A model generated the notes under the pieces. That model was given only the letters and a program-made list of their open reading frames with translations, had not been told where the DNA came from and made no database searches. Below are positions 20,528-30,635 of a DNA stretch of 32,000 bases, in pieces. The DNA comes from Opitutales bacterium (lineage in GTDB: Bacteria; Verrucomicrobiota; Verrucomicrobiia; Opitutales; Coraliomargaritaceae). Position 1 is the stretch's first letter; each line of letters opens with the position of its first letter. The stretch is taken from contig JBMYVL010000009.1 in NCBI GenBank assembly GCA_049606355.1, forward strand, positions 60,001 to 92,000, given 5' to 3'. The position numbers were made by a program, and so were the translations under genes.

Positions 20528-22243
20528 TTAATCCTTTTTTGAGTGTTGCTTGTAGTCGGGGTTGAGCGCGATGAGAAAGACGAAGAGGGCGGCGACAAAA
20601 CCAATCAGTGCCAGGCTCATCCACGCAACCGTGTTTGGCTCAATAAACAAATCGCGCACGTAGCCGCTCGTACTGGCTTCGCCGGTTTGAAAGTTGAGTC
20701 CAAAAACATTTGCTGCCACCCACATCGCAAAAATGATGAGCAAGAACAATGGGCTGATGTACTTCATGATGAACTTGAAGACTTTTGGGATTCGAATGGC
20801 GGCGCCTTGGTGGGCGATACGAAAGCCTTCGTCCACACCGAGCAGCCATCCGAAAATAACGATCTGTAGTGTGGAGAGTATGAAGATCAGAAACGTGCCC
20901 ACCCAAAAGTCCATGGTGTCGAGGGCTTTAACATCCGCACTGAAGTAGACACAGAAGCCGCAACCCACAGCAGTGATTAATCCGAGAAACGCGACGGACT
21001 GCTTGCGATTGATCTTCAAGGCCTCTTCGAGGAAGGCAATGCCCGGTTGGAGCATCGACAGTGAACTCGTGACCGCGGCAAGGAAGAGTAAGAAGAAGAA
21101 CAGAAAGCCAAAGAAATTGCCGAATGCCATGTTGGCGAAAACCATCGGCAGGACATTGAAGCCGAGCCCAAAGGTACCCATCCCCGCGACACCGGCGACA
21201 CCGAGGAAAGTGACGGCGGCAGGCAGTGTGATGAGCCCGCCGAGTGCGACTTCGCAAAACTCGTTGGCACTGGTGGCGGCGAGGCCGCTGAGAACGACAT
21301 CATCTTTTTTAGATAGATAACTGGAGTAAGTTATGATCACACCAAACCCCACCGATAGGGAGAAGAAGATTTGCCCGGCAGCGGCCAGCCACAACTGCGG
21401 ATTCCACAGTTGCTCCTTAACGGTGACCTGCCGCACACGAGTGGTCGCCTTTGTGGCCGTATCGGCTTGGGCGACTGCGAGTGCCGCGCGATCGACGATT
21501 TGTCGTTCTACCATCCAGCTGCCGTCTTGCTGTTGCGTCTCCACGACATGCTTGGTCGGGTTCCACATGAAGCCGAGCCCGTTGTTTACGTTGCGGTCCG
21601 GCATGCTGGCATCCGGTGTGCCCAGGGTAAGGACACGCAGTAAAATTAGTACCGCGATCAGCACGAGGGTCGGCATCGCATACGTACAGAACAGCTCGAT
21701 GCCCTTGGATAGGCCGCGGTAAATCAGAATGAAATTCAGAATGAAGACGACGAGTAGGTAGATCCCCACTTGGCTGAGCCCAAAGCCGATTGCGGCACCA
21801 TTCTCGCCAATCCCGATAAAGTTGCCCCAGAAATTACTGGAGTCTTCGATACTGGTAAAGTCCATGTGCCCGGTAAGGAAGTTTACCGAATAACCAAGGC
21901 ACCAGGCTTCGATGTACACATAGTACATGTAGATGATAACCGGTATCAACACGCCGATTGCCCCTAAGTATTTAAACGCCGGCTTGCGGGTGATGTAATT
22001 GAAAATACCCGGCGCGGAGTTGAAGCCGGCCTGCCCGCCATGGCGGCCCATCGCCCATTCGGCCCAACAAATCGGCAAGCCGATGAGGATGAAAGAAATA
22101 AAGTAGGCGAGCATGAAGGCGCCGCCGCCATATTCGGCAGCTTGGCCCGGGAAGCGCAGGAAGTTGCCGAGGCCCACCGCGCTCCCGGCGACAGCTAAAA
22201 TGACACCGATGCGTGAGTTCCAGGATTCAGGTTGTTTAGCCAT
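20528..22243 (-). CDS. Sodium-dependent transporter, neurotransmitter:sodium symporter (NSS/SNF) family
   Basis: N-terminal signature [25 protein letters not shown] followed by multiple TM segments. I trimmed the start to the ATG at 22243 ([13 protein letters not shown]), which matches the usual NSS N-terminus. Confidence 0.9.
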   Translation of the reverse strand: MAKQPESWNSRIGVILAVAGSAVGLGNFLRFPGQAAEYGGGAFMLAYFISFILIGLPICWAEWAMGRHGGQAGFNSAPGIFNYITRKPAFKYLGAIGVLIPVIIYMYYVYIEAWCLGYSVNFLTGHMDFTSIEDSSNFWGNFIGIGENGAAIGFGLSQVGIYLLVVFILNFILIYRGLSKGIELFCTYAMPTLVLIAVLILLRVLTLGTPDASMPDRNVNNGLGFMWNPTKHVVETQQQDGSWMVERQIVDRAALAVAQADTATKATTRVRQVTVKEQLWNPQLWLAAAGQIFFSLSVGFGVIITYSSYLSKKDDVVLSGLAATSANEFCEVALGGLITLPAAVTFLGVAGVAGMGTFGLGFNVLPMVFANMAFGNFFGFLFFFLLFLAAVTSSLSMLQPGIAFLEEALKINRKQSVAFLGLITAVGCGFCVYFSADVKALDTMDFWVGTFLIFILSTLQIVIFGWLLGVDEGFRIAHQGAAIRIPKVFKFIMKYISPLFLLIIFAMWVAANVFGLNFQTGEASTSGYVRDLFIEPNTVAWMSLALIGFVAALFVFLIALNPDYKQHSKKD

Positions 22244-22270
22244 AGTACGTGGGGCAGAGTATCTCGAACG

Positions 22271-22287
22271 TGGCATCACCTATGCCA
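22271..22287. promoter_or_regulatory. Palindrome TGGCAT-N5-ATGCCA between the divergent NSS and lptF/G-family genes; operator or sigma-54-like -24/-12 element
   Basis: Read directly: tggcatcacctatgcca. GG and GC have the spacing of the TGGCAC-N5-TTGC consensus on both strands. Confidence 0.25.
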
Positions 22288-22309
22288 GAAAAAAATCGTC
22301 GCCAAGGGT

Positions 22310-22344
22310 GTGACTTTATCGAAGGCTTTCGCGTAGAAAGTCAC
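22310..22344. promoter_or_regulatory. 8-bp perfect inverted repeat GTGACTTT-N19-AAAGTCAC ending 2 nt before the ATG at 22347
   Basis: Read directly from the sequence. It could form a 5'-leader hairpin that occludes the initiation region, or act as a protein-binding site. Confidence 0.3.
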
Positions 22345-22346
22345 TG

Positions 22347-23459
22347 ATGTCATTATTAAGCCGCTATCTACTGAAGGAATGGAGTGTGGGATTTGCCCTT
22401 ACCATGGGTGTTATCCTTGGGGTGCTCCTGTTGCAAAGTATGTTGGACAGCTTGCCCGATCTACTGGCGGCCAATGCCAGCCTAGCACAGATCGGTTTTT
22501 TCTTCGCGCTCAGTTTGCCGACCTACCTGCCGGCCATTCTCCCGATTGCATTTTTGGTTTCTTTGCTGTTCGCGCTGGGTAACCTCCACCGCAATTATGA
22601 AATTATCGCGATGCGTGCCGCAGGGCAGAGTTTGCTGCAAATCAGCCGTCCGCTCTGGGGCGTCGGATTACTGTTTTCTGCCTTGCTGCTCTACTTGACG
22701 GCATCGGTTGTGCCGAACGCGGTCGAGCGTTCGCGCACCTTTTATGAGAACCTCGATTATGCGTCGCGCGAGGCACGCGTGGATGCGCGCCAAGTCGGGC
22801 TAATCTACAACCTCGGGTTTGATAACCGTGAAGAAGGGCGCTTGTGGATGATGAACCGTTTCAGTGAGCGCGCTTGGTTGGCGATGGGAGTGACCGTGCA
22901 CCTGCGCACCGCAGCGGGGCGGGAATTGCAGCGTATTTCTGCCAGTGAGGCTTATTTTGACGACACGCAGGGCTATTGGGTCTTCGTCAATGGTCGGGAG
23001 CTCAGCTTTGATCCCGAGAGTGGGGATCCATTGCGCACGCAATCGTTTCGGGAAAAAGCGTTCACAGAGTTTACTGAAGACCCATCCTTAATGCTGGGCT
23101 TGCACAAGAAACCAAGGGAGCTCTCGCTGAATGAACTGCGACGTATCATCCAAGCAGTGCCGCCGGAGGAAAACCCTGCCGCGATGGCCTATTTGACGCG
23201 CTATTTTAGCTTATTGGCGAGCCCGTTCAGTTGCTTGGTGATTGTCGGCATTGCGGTGCCTTTTGCCGTCTCCGGTGTGCGTGCGAATCCGATGGTTGGT
23301 ATTTCCAAGTGTATCGGCTACTTTGTACTCTTCTATGTATTGATCAGCTGTGCTACGATTCTGGGAGAACGAGAGGTACTGCCGGCATGGTTAGCCGCCT
23401 GGTTGCCGAATTTGTCCATGCTGGGCATTGCAGTTTGGTTGTTTCGAAGTGCTCGATAA
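22347..23459 (+). CDS. LptF/LptG-family (YjgP/YjgQ) LPS export permease
   Basis: 370 aa. The topology is TM1-3, then a ~130-aa periplasmic beta-jellyroll-like insert, then 3 C-terminal TMs. The N-terminus LLSRYLLKEW and the NYEIIAMRAAGQS motif are typical. I cannot tell F from G, and no paralogue is adjacent. Confidence 0.8.
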   Translation: MSLLSRYLLKEWSVGFALTMGVILGVLLLQSMLDSLPDLLAANASLAQIGFFFALSLPTYLPAILPIAFLVSLLFALGNLHRNYEIIAMRAAGQSLLQISRPLWGVGLLFSALLLYLTASVVPNAVERSRTFYENLDYASREARVDARQVGLIYNLGFDNREEGRLWMMNRFSERAWLAMGVTVHLRTAAGRELQRISASEAYFDDTQGYWVFVNGRELSFDPESGDPLRTQSFREKAFTEFTEDPSLMLGLHKKPRELSLNELRRIIQAVPPEENPAAMAYLTRYFSLLASPFSCLVIVGIAVPFAVSGVRANPMVGISKCIGYFVLFYVLISCATILGEREVLPAWLAAWLPNLSMLGIAVWLFRSAR

Positions 23460-24575
23460 ATGGTGCGCACGACCTCAGAGCTTAACGGGCATCCGTGGGT
23501 GGCCTTGGCGGACTTAGACTGCGAGGGCACAGTCCCGCCCAATGCAAGGGCTGTCTCATTGTATGCGGCGGATGGCACGCCGCTCGGTAGTGGTATTTAT
23601 GATGCGCGTGATCCGCGGGCGGCTTGGCGGCGTTTTTCGTTGGCCGAGGGCGTCGATTGGTCGATGGATTACATCGTCGAGGCACTGCAGGCTGCAATTG
23701 CCCGTCGGCCGGAAGAAGCCTGTCAACGGCTGGTCAGTTCCGACGCAGACTATCTCCCGGGTTTAATCGTTGAATTGTATCAGGATGTACTGCTGGTCTC
23801 AGCTGAGACGGCGGCCGTCGAAGCGCACTTGGAGTCGATTCTTGAAGTCCTGCAGGAGGGCTACCAGCCACGTGAAATAGTGGTGCGTAGCGATTCAGCG
23901 CAACGGAGTGCCTATGGTTTATCGACCGACGTGCGCACCTTGAGTGGCAATCGCTTGAAGGGGTATTGGATCGAGGTCGATGGATTGCAGTACCGTATTG
24001 ATTTATTGAATACCAGTAAGCCGTGCTTTCATTTGGATCAACGTGAACAGCATGCTTTAGTGGGTAGTTTATGTGCCGAGCGGCGGGTCTTGGACTGCTC
24101 TACCAGTGTTGGTGGCTTCGCACTGCAAGCTCTACAGCAAGGCGCCTGCGGTGCCGTCGCTTTGGATGTCGACCCGATGGCGGTCAAAGCGATTGGAGCC
24201 AACGCACAGAAGAATGGACTCTCGGTGGATGCACTCGCTACAGATGTAAGTGCTTATCTGGGCAGTTGCGAGGCGGGACGTTTTGATGCCATCGTTCTGG
24301 ATCCGCCAGCCACATTGGCCGCTGATGCGGCGGCATTTGCCGCGTTGCAGCGTCAGGCCTTTGCCATCGTGCCGCCGGGCGGTTTGCTTGCTACATATTG
24401 CCGCGATGTGGAACTGTCTGCCCAAGCGTTTGAGTCAGTGCTTGCTGCGGCTGCGGCTGCGGCCGGACGTGAAGCGCGAATCTTTGCCCGTACCGCGCAA
24501 CCCTTCGATTTCCCGATGTTGCTGCGCCTTCCCCAAAGCCAAGCCCTCAAAGGCCTGATCGTGCAAGTGGAGTAG
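23460..24575 (+). CDS. Class I SAM-dependent RNA methyltransferase, RlmI-like (PUA-like N-domain plus Rossmann MTase)
   Basis: HPWV near the N-terminus, QREQH..., a SAM-binding segment VLDCSTSVGGFAL, and the VLDPP motif. Its ATG directly abuts the TAA of the upstream gene. Confidence 0.7.
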   Translation: MVRTTSELNGHPWVALADLDCEGTVPPNARAVSLYAADGTPLGSGIYDARDPRAAWRRFSLAEGVDWSMDYIVEALQAAIARRPEEACQRLVSSDADYLPGLIVELYQDVLLVSAETAAVEAHLESILEVLQEGYQPREIVVRSDSAQRSAYGLSTDVRTLSGNRLKGYWIEVDGLQYRIDLLNTSKPCFHLDQREQHALVGSLCAERRVLDCSTSVGGFALQALQQGACGAVALDVDPMAVKAIGANAQKNGLSVDALATDVSAYLGSCEAGRFDAIVLDPPATLAADAAAFAALQRQAFAIVPPGGLLATYCRDVELSAQAFESVLAAAAAAAGREARIFARTAQPFDFPMLLRLPQSQALKGLIVQVE

Positions 24576-24628
24576 GCGATTGATTCGAGCGTAGGCGCAG
24601 CCAAGGCGAGCGCACGGATTCGAGGTGT

Positions 24629-25855
24629 CTACATTTCTTCAGCCATCGCCGTACCAGCGATGTGGCCGGTGGTCCAGGCCGCTTGAAAATTAAAGCCTCC
24701 GGTAATGCCGTCGATGTCGAGGCACTCCCCGGCGAAGTGCAGATTGGGCACTTGCTTGCTTTCCATACGCCGGAAGTCGACCTCTTTGAGTTGGATGCCT
24801 CCGCAGGTAACAAACTCGTCTTTATTGGTCGTTTTGCCCTGTACCGAGTAGCGCCCGTTCAGGCAGGCTTCGACGAGTGCGTTTTCTGCCTTCTTGCTAA
24901 GTTGCGCCCATACAGTAGCTGCTTCGATTGCAGCGCTTTGGACGAGGCGCTCCCAAAGGCGCTTGGGCAGTGCTTCGAGTGGGGTGTTTTTAACGGATTT
25001 CTTCGCCGCGGTCTTGCGCAGGTACTTCAATTGTTCGCGCAGTTGAGAATCCGTCCACTCGCCGAGCCAATTGATTGCGATATCGAAATGGTAGTTGTGT
25101 GCTTGTAGGGTGCGCGCTTCCCAAGCGGAGGTTCGCAGGATGGCAGGGCCACTCAAGCCGCGGTGGGTAACCAGTACCGGACCCGATTGTGGCTTGCCAT
25201 CTGGAAGTACACGAACCTGCGCGTGTTGTACCGCCAGCCCGGCTAAGCCACTGAGGCGCTTATCGCTTACATTAAAGGCAAACAGGGAAGGCGCGAGGGC
25301 TTCGATGTGGTGTCCAAGCTCGGTAAGCGTACGGGCCAGAGGGCTGGCCTTAAGTGAACCGCTGGCGATACACACTGCATCGGCACGAGCAAAGCTATTG
25401 TCGCTCAGCTCTAATCCAAAGGATCCATGAGCTTCAACGGTGATCTTTTTTAGGCCAATGCCCGTATGAAGTCCAATCTTCAGCCGCCGCGCCTCGCGTA
25501 AAAAGCAATCGATGATGGTTTGTGAATCATCGCTGGTTGGGAACATGCGCCCATCGGCTTCGGCTTTGATTTGCACTGCGCGCGCGGCAAACCAGTTAAG
25601 GGTGTCCTGCGGTTGCCAGCGGTGGAAGGCAGCGCGCAGTTCGCGTTCTCCGCGTGGGTAGTGACTCGCAAGCAGCTTTGGGTCATAGCAGTTATGCGTG
25701 ACGTTACAGCGCCCACCGCCGGAAATTTTGACTTTAGTCAAAAAGCGCGCACCGCGTTCGTACAAGGTAACCTGTGCGGTGGGATTGGCTTCGGCTGCAG
25801 TGAGCGCGGCGAAGAAGCCCGCCGCGCCGCCGCCTATGATCGCGATTTGTTTCAT
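24629..25855 (-). CDS. NAD(P)/FAD-dependent oxidoreductase, BaiN/HI0933 (YhiN) family
   Basis: N-terminal dinucleotide fold IAIIGGGAAGFFAA, the family-typical SGGGRCNVTH, and C-terminal GECLDIDGITGGFNFQAAWTTG. Confidence 0.85.
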   Translation of the reverse strand: MKQIAIIGGGAAGFFAALTAAEANPTAQVTLYERGARFLTKVKISGGGRCNVTHNCYDPKLLASHYPRGERELRAAFHRWQPQDTLNWFAARAVQIKAEADGRMFPTSDDSQTIIDCFLREARRLKIGLHTGIGLKKITVEAHGSFGLELSDNSFARADAVCIASGSLKASPLARTLTELGHHIEALAPSLFAFNVSDKRLSGLAGLAVQHAQVRVLPDGKPQSGPVLVTHRGLSGPAILRTSAWEARTLQAHNYHFDIAINWLGEWTDSQLREQLKYLRKTAAKKSVKNTPLEALPKRLWERLVQSAAIEAATVWAQLSKKAENALVEACLNGRYSVQGKTTNKDEFVTCGGIQLKEVDFRRMESKQVPNLHFAGECLDIDGITGGFNFQAAWTTGHIAGTAMAEEM

Positions 25856-25911
25856 AGCTGAATGGGCATCATCAAAGCATTCAAGCTAGCGAGGGGAAGC
25901 GTTAACTACAC

Positions 25912-26745
25912 CTAGTTACGCGTCAGCACGATTGAGAGAATCGCCTGATTGCGTTGGCGATCGATGTAGTGCCGTAAGCTGCGGCGCTCAGCAAGAGTGA
26001 GTGCACCTTTAGGCAGTGCTCGAATGCGTTCCCAAGCCAGATCATAGTCCCTCAAGTCACCCAGTTGCTGCTCGAGTCGTTTGATGCGCTGGATCGATTG
26101 TGTGGAGAGCGCAAGCCAATGGCGCAGCAACTGCATCTGGTAGTACTGATCTTTACAGCGCTTGCGCCATTGGTGTAAGGCAGCGGCTGAAGGGTCGGAT
26201 AAAAACTGTTGCCGGCAGGCTTGGGTGTGTTTGCAGCGCTGCGCGTACGCCTTTTGAAGTGTGGCTCCCCGCAAACCGTGTAAATCGAGTTTCGCCAAGT
26301 CCTGCGCAGTGCTTCGCATACGTTTTTTAAAAACCTTGCGGCAGTTTTCAAAGGCCGGTCCGGTAGGTACTGGAGTGCCCGCCTGCAGCGAACCTTGGGT
26401 CGTTTGCAAGGCGCGGCATAATACCGGACTCCGCGTTGGCCGAAGTGGCTCACGCCACTGAGTCAAGTTGTGGAGCAGTACTTCTCGGTCGCGGTAGGGG
26501 CGTAATAAATTAGCGGATTCGCGCAGTGCTCGGTTGAGTGTGTACCGTTGCTTCCCCAGCGGACGCTTTGGCAGTAAGCGGAGCAGCGCGCGTAGGCGTT
26601 TAATGGCTTTGCGTGCCGTGTGGATTCCTTCCGGGTCGGGGCTGGGGTAGGCATCGATTGCTTGGCTGGCTACGGTGCACAGCTGTTGAAAAATGAGCCG
26701 TAGTTGACCTGCAGTTTTTTTACCTGGGTCGAGGCTCCGTTTCAT
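25912..26745 (-). CDS. CHAD domain-containing protein
   Basis: Basic and helical, with the repeated conserved-His helices typical of CHAD (IHTARKAIKRLRALLRLL; LHQWRKRCKDQYYQMQLL). I trimmed the start to the ATG at 26745, which overlaps the upstream gene's TGA as ATGA. Confidence 0.7.
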   Translation of the reverse strand: MKRSLDPGKKTAGQLRLIFQQLCTVASQAIDAYPSPDPEGIHTARKAIKRLRALLRLLPKRPLGKQRYTLNRALRESANLLRPYRDREVLLHNLTQWREPLRPTRSPVLCRALQTTQGSLQAGTPVPTGPAFENCRKVFKKRMRSTAQDLAKLDLHGLRGATLQKAYAQRCKHTQACRQQFLSDPSAAALHQWRKRCKDQYYQMQLLRHWLALSTQSIQRIKRLEQQLGDLRDYDLAWERIRALPKGALTLAERRSLRHYIDRQRNQAILSIVLTRN

Positions 26746-27449
26746 GTCGGGTTGAGTTGCTCCAGTGCTTCGACGATACATGCGGCGGCACCGGCATCAC
26801 TCCAATGGTCGGTGCGTAGCACGAGATCGTAGCTGGCGGGGTCATCGATGTCGCAGTGGAAATGTTGCTTCACGTAACTACGTCGCGCATGGTCTTCGCG
26901 TTTAATCAAGGCCTGTGCCTGGGCGCGGTTAAGTTGCAGGCTGTCCATGACATGTCGGGTGCGGACTGCGGTTGAGCCGATTAAACGTACACTGAGTACG
27001 TTGTGCAAGTGGCCGGCGATGTGGTTGCTGCCGTGGCCGACCAAAATGCAGTGGCCGGTACTGGCGAGCCGGGCGATGGTTTCCTTGGTATCTTTAAATA
27101 AGGTCCACAGGGAGGGGTGGCGTCCGAGTAATTCATTGATCGTGCCTTGCAGCTCGCCGATCGCTTCATCCGGGATGAATTTTTCCAAGTATTCGGGCAA
27201 GTGGTGTTCCTGTAGGATTTTTTTACTCAGCTCGCCGTCGAACAGCGTCCAGGGCAGCGGATCCTTGGCATCGCGTTGCTGGAGTTGTTGGTGTAAGTGC
27301 GTACAGATGGCCACGCCGCGAGCGCCTGTTTGGCGAGCGACCGTAATTGCAGGGGCATGCCGCCCATAAGCGCTCGGCACCTCGCTACGAGGCTCGAGAT
27401 TAAGAGCTAGGTAGCTGTTGGACTTGAAGAAAACATTTGGTGTGCTCAT
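26742..27449 (-). CDS. Cytidylate kinase-like family protein (Cytidylate_kin2-type; non-canonical P-loop)
   Basis: ITVARQTGARG corresponds to the IxISRxxGSGG motif of the cytidylate-kinase-like family. The size (~235 aa) fits. There is no canonical GxxGxGK[ST]. Confidence 0.6.
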   Translation of the reverse strand: MSTPNVFFKSNSYLALNLEPRSEVPSAYGRHAPAITVARQTGARGVAICTHLHQQLQQRDAKDPLPWTLFDGELSKKILQEHHLPEYLEKFIPDEAIGELQGTINELLGRHPSLWTLFKDTKETIARLASTGHCILVGHGSNHIAGHLHNVLSVRLIGSTAVRTRHVMDSLQLNRAQAQALIKREDHARRSYVKQHFHCDIDDPASYDLVLRTDHWSDAGAAACIVEALEQLNPT

Positions 27450-27594
27450 GGCTGCTGGGGTCGAATTTGCAAACTCGGCACCGCAGCATGCGCGAGCAGA
27501 ACTGCGCTACCTCATTGATCCACTGTGGGATAATTTAAGTGTATGCAGCAGGAGCGAATTAGCAACGGCAATCGAGCGCGGTTGCCTGACGCTC

Positions 27595-29502
27595 TTATGA
27601 CGACTGAGCTTCGGCCAGTTCGCACAGTTGCTCCCATTGTGCATAGGCTTCCAAAGTCTCCGCTTCGAGTGCCTCGAGTCGCGCGGCATCGGCCGCTGGA
27701 TCTTTACCGGGGTCCTGATAGTAGGCTTGGGTTGCCATGGCGGCACTCAGCTCCGCATGTGCGGCCTCGAGTTGCTCGATTCGTGCTGGCAATGCCTCCA
27801 AGGCGGCGCGTTCTTTGTTGCGCAGTTTGCGGCCCTTTGTCGCTTTGGATGGCTCAGTCGGTTCACGGCTCGCAACTGCTGCTGATCTTGGGCGGGAGCG
27901 AGCGGCATCGCAGCGGGCCAGCCACTCGTCGCAACCACCGACATTTTCAGACACACGCCCATTGCCTTCGAGTACGATGGTGCCGGTAACGACATTATTG
28001 AGAAAACTGCGGTCGTGCGAAACGATCAACAAGGTCCCCGAATAATCCAAGAGCCGTTCCTCGAGTAACTCTACGGTTTCAATATCCAGATCATTCGTCG
28101 GTTCATCCAGTACCAATAAATTAGCTGGTTGTAAGAAGAGTCGGGCCAAAAGTAAGCGTGCACGTTCGCCCCCGGAGAGCTTTTTGATTGGCGAGCGTGC
28201 GACGTGAGGCGTAAACAGAAAATCCTGGAGGTAACTGAGGATATGGCGCGGTTGGCCATTGATGGTGACGGTGTCGCTATAAGGGCTCACGTTTTCCATG
28301 ACGGTGGCGGATTCGTCCAGCTGGTCACGGTGTTGATCGAAGTAGGCGACTTCTAGCTTCGTCCCGTGCGTAACGCTGCCATGCTGTGGTTCCAGTTTTT
28401 TTAATAACAAATTGAGCAGGGTGGTTTTGCCCGAACCGTTCAGCCCCACGATGCCAATTTTATCGCCACGCCACAGGGTTGTGCTGAAGGCATCGATGAG
28501 CGGCTGCTGCGCCCATTGATAGCTGATGGCTTCCGCATGGATTACTTTTCGACCCGAGCTTTGTCCGGCATTCAACTCCAGTTTCGAGGTGCTGAGAGAT
28601 TGGCGCCGCGCTGCGCGCTCCTCACGTAGCTTTTTCAGGGCTCGTACTCGTCCCTCATTGCGGGTGCGTCGTGCTTGGATTCCCTGGCGTATCCAGACTT
28701 CTTCTTCAGCCAGCTTTTTATCGAAGTTTGCTTGTTGCTTGCTTTGCGCAGCGAGCAGCTCGGCCTTACGCGTCAGGTAAGTTTCGTAATCGCAGTTAAA
28801 CGATGTGAGTGTGCCCCGATCGAGGTCGAGTATACGTGTCGCGACCCGACGGATAAAAGCACGGTCGTGAGAGACGAACAGTAGGGCGATATCGGATTTA
28901 CGTAGAAATTCTTCGAGCCAGCGAATGCCGGGAATATCGAGGTGATTGGTCGGTTCATCGAGGAGTAAAATATGGGGCTCGGCTACCAGTGCGCGGGCAA
29001 GCAGGGCGCGGCGTTGGTTGCCGCCCGACAAAGCTGCGAATGTGCTGCCGCTGTCCAGCTCGACGCGCTGGATGCAGCTTTCCACTTTGTTCTCCAAGGC
29101 CCATGAGCCGGTTTGGTCGATTTCGGCCTGGAGGCGATCGAGTTCCGCGGCGAGCACCTCATTCTCGGGATCCTCGGCGTAGTCATGCGCGATCCGGTGG
29201 TAAGTGGCGACACGCTCTGCGGCTGGCCCTAAGCCTGCGGCAACCACATCAAAGACGCTGCCGCTGAGTGCCTGCGGGATTTCCTGATCGAGCTTCGCAA
29301 TGCGTAGTTCGGGGATGGTTTCCAGTTCCCCGCTATCGGGCTCGCTCTCTTGATTGAGGATACGCAATAAGGTGGATTTGCCTTCTCCGTTGCGCCCAAT
29401 GAGGCAAATGCGCTCGCGTTTTTCAATGGTTAGACCGGCGTTATCGAGTAAACGCGGACCGCTATAAGCGATGCTAAGATTGCGATAACTGAGAAGGGCC
29501 AT
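27595..29502 (-). CDS. uup: ABC-F family ATPase Uup
   Basis: 635 aa, the same length as E. coli Uup and collinear with it. It has two ABC cassettes (GRNGEGKST / LSGGNQRR / [11 protein letters not shown]; GLNGSGKTT / LSGGERARL / [11 protein letters not shown]), the linker [23 protein letters not shown] and a C-terminal coiled-coil domain. It has no TM domain. Confidence 0.9.
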   Translation of the reverse strand: MALLSYRNLSIAYSGPRLLDNAGLTIEKRERICLIGRNGEGKSTLLRILNQESEPDSGELETIPELRIAKLDQEIPQALSGSVFDVVAAGLGPAAERVATYHRIAHDYAEDPENEVLAAELDRLQAEIDQTGSWALENKVESCIQRVELDSGSTFAALSGGNQRRALLARALVAEPHILLLDEPTNHLDIPGIRWLEEFLRKSDIALLFVSHDRAFIRRVATRILDLDRGTLTSFNCDYETYLTRKAELLAAQSKQQANFDKKLAEEEVWIRQGIQARRTRNEGRVRALKKLREERAARRQSLSTSKLELNAGQSSGRKVIHAEAISYQWAQQPLIDAFSTTLWRGDKIGIVGLNGSGKTTLLNLLLKKLEPQHGSVTHGTKLEVAYFDQHRDQLDESATVMENVSPYSDTVTINGQPRHILSYLQDFLFTPHVARSPIKKLSGGERARLLLARLFLQPANLLVLDEPTNDLDIETVELLEERLLDYSGTLLIVSHDRSFLNNVVTGTIVLEGNGRVSENVGGCDEWLARCDAARSRPRSAAVASREPTEPSKATKGRKLRNKERAALEALPARIEQLEAAHAELSAAMATQAYYQDPGKDPAADAARLEALEAETLEAYAQWEQLCELAEAQSS

Positions 29503-29580
29503 TGGCGAGAAGGCGGCGAGGCGTCAGTCGATGCGGGTGAGTCGTTTTTTGAATCGATCCAGCGCGCGGTCCATTGCCCA

Positions 29581-30615
29581 TTAACGGGTGCTAAAGGCGT
29601 AGCGTGTCGTCGATTCAAACACCTCGCCGGGCTGCAGGATCGCGCCTCCGAGCTCCGGGTAATGTACGCTGTCCGCGTAGTCTTGGGTCTCCAGTGCCAG
29701 GCCGCACAGTGGGCCGTAGTGGGTGCCGCGTTTACCGTCCTCATCCAGTGCCAGGCCGGCATAAAACTGAACGCCGGGTTCCGTGGTGTGTACTTCCATC
29801 TGTCGCCCGGATTCGGGCTCATACACGCAGGCGGCGAGTCTCGCTTCCGTACTGCGCCCACCGTCGAGGCGGTAGTGGATGTCGGCGTTGCCCACGACCA
29901 GCTCGCGCTCAGAGAGGGTGACGAACTCGCGAAAATCATTGAATCCGGCGACGACCGGATCGTAGCGCCCGATCAGGGTGGAGTCGGCATCGACAGTGGC
30001 GACCGAATCGGCACAAATCTTTATTTGATGGCCGCGTATATCACCTTGCCCCGCGCCACGTAAGTTAAAGTAGCTATGGTTGGTAATATTAAACGGAGTG
30101 GTGCCTGTGGTCGTGGCGGAGTAAGTGATTTGCAGGGCATTGCTCTCTAGGAGCGCATAAGTTACGCTCACATCCACTTGCCCCGGAAAGCCATTGTTCC
30201 CATCCGGGTCGCAATAGCGGAGGCAGAGTTGCTGCCCACCATCGGCAGCAATGATGGTGGCATCCCACAAGACGGAGTCGTAGCCGTTCGGCCCGCCATG
30301 CAGGCAGTTGGGCCCGTTGTTCGCCTGCAGTGGGTAGTGTTGCCCTTCGAGCTCAAAGCACGCCCCGCCGATACGCCCCGCTACGCGACCGGTGATACAG
30401 CCAAAGTTTGGATGTCCCGCTAAGTAGTCCTCTAGGCTATCTTTACCCAGTACGATATCCGCGCTCACCCCGGCACGATCCGGTACATGTAGTTCGACGA
30501 TGATGCCACCGTAGTTGGTGATTTTCGCGCAGAGCCCGTTGGAGTTGCGCAGGGTGAAGAGTTGTGCGCGTGTACCATTCGGTAGGCTGCCGTAGTCGGA
30601 TGCTTCGATGCTCAT
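29581..30615 (-). CDS. galM: Aldose 1-epimerase (galactose mutarotase)
   Basis: 344 aa. Supporting segments are NxLHGGxxG ([11 protein letters not shown]), FPG ([12 protein letters not shown]), TNHSYFNL and LALETQ, which are typical of the GalM family. Confidence 0.85.
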   Translation of the reverse strand: MSIEASDYGSLPNGTRAQLFTLRNSNGLCAKITNYGGIIVELHVPDRAGVSADIVLGKDSLEDYLAGHPNFGCITGRVAGRIGGACFELEGQHYPLQANNGPNCLHGGPNGYDSVLWDATIIAADGGQQLCLRYCDPDGNNGFPGQVDVSVTYALLESNALQITYSATTTGTTPFNITNHSYFNLRGAGQGDIRGHQIKICADSVATVDADSTLIGRYDPVVAGFNDFREFVTLSERELVVGNADIHYRLDGGRSTEARLAACVYEPESGRQMEVHTTEPGVQFYAGLALDEDGKRGTHYGPLCGLALETQDYADSVHYPELGGAILQPGEVFESTTRYAFSTR

Positions 30616-30635
30616 GACTCTGGTAAAACGCTTGC

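Noticed and set aside
24576-24628. Direct repeat GATTCGAG (two copies ~30 bp apart) in the convergent gap between the methyltransferase and the BaiN-family gene
   Set aside because: It is short, it is not an inverted repeat, and no stem or T-tract for a terminator is present. An 8-mer repeated once is compatible with chance.
27560-27594. Possible terminator hairpin GGCAA-N10-TTGCC just downstream of uup
   Set aside because: The stem is only 5 bp with a 10-nt loop and no following U-tract on the minus strand. That is not enough to call an intrinsic terminator.
27418-27600. 60-aa plus-strand ORF spanning the gap between the cytidylate-kinase-like gene and uup
   Set aside because: It starts antisense inside one gene and ends antisense inside the next, it has no coding-like features, and the gap is better explained as a promoter region.
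29430-29939. 169-aa minus-strand ORF bridging the uup start and the galM 3' end
   Set aside because: It is out of frame with two well-supported genes on the same strand. It is Trp/Arg/Ala-rich, consistent with an off-frame reading of GC-rich coding DNA.
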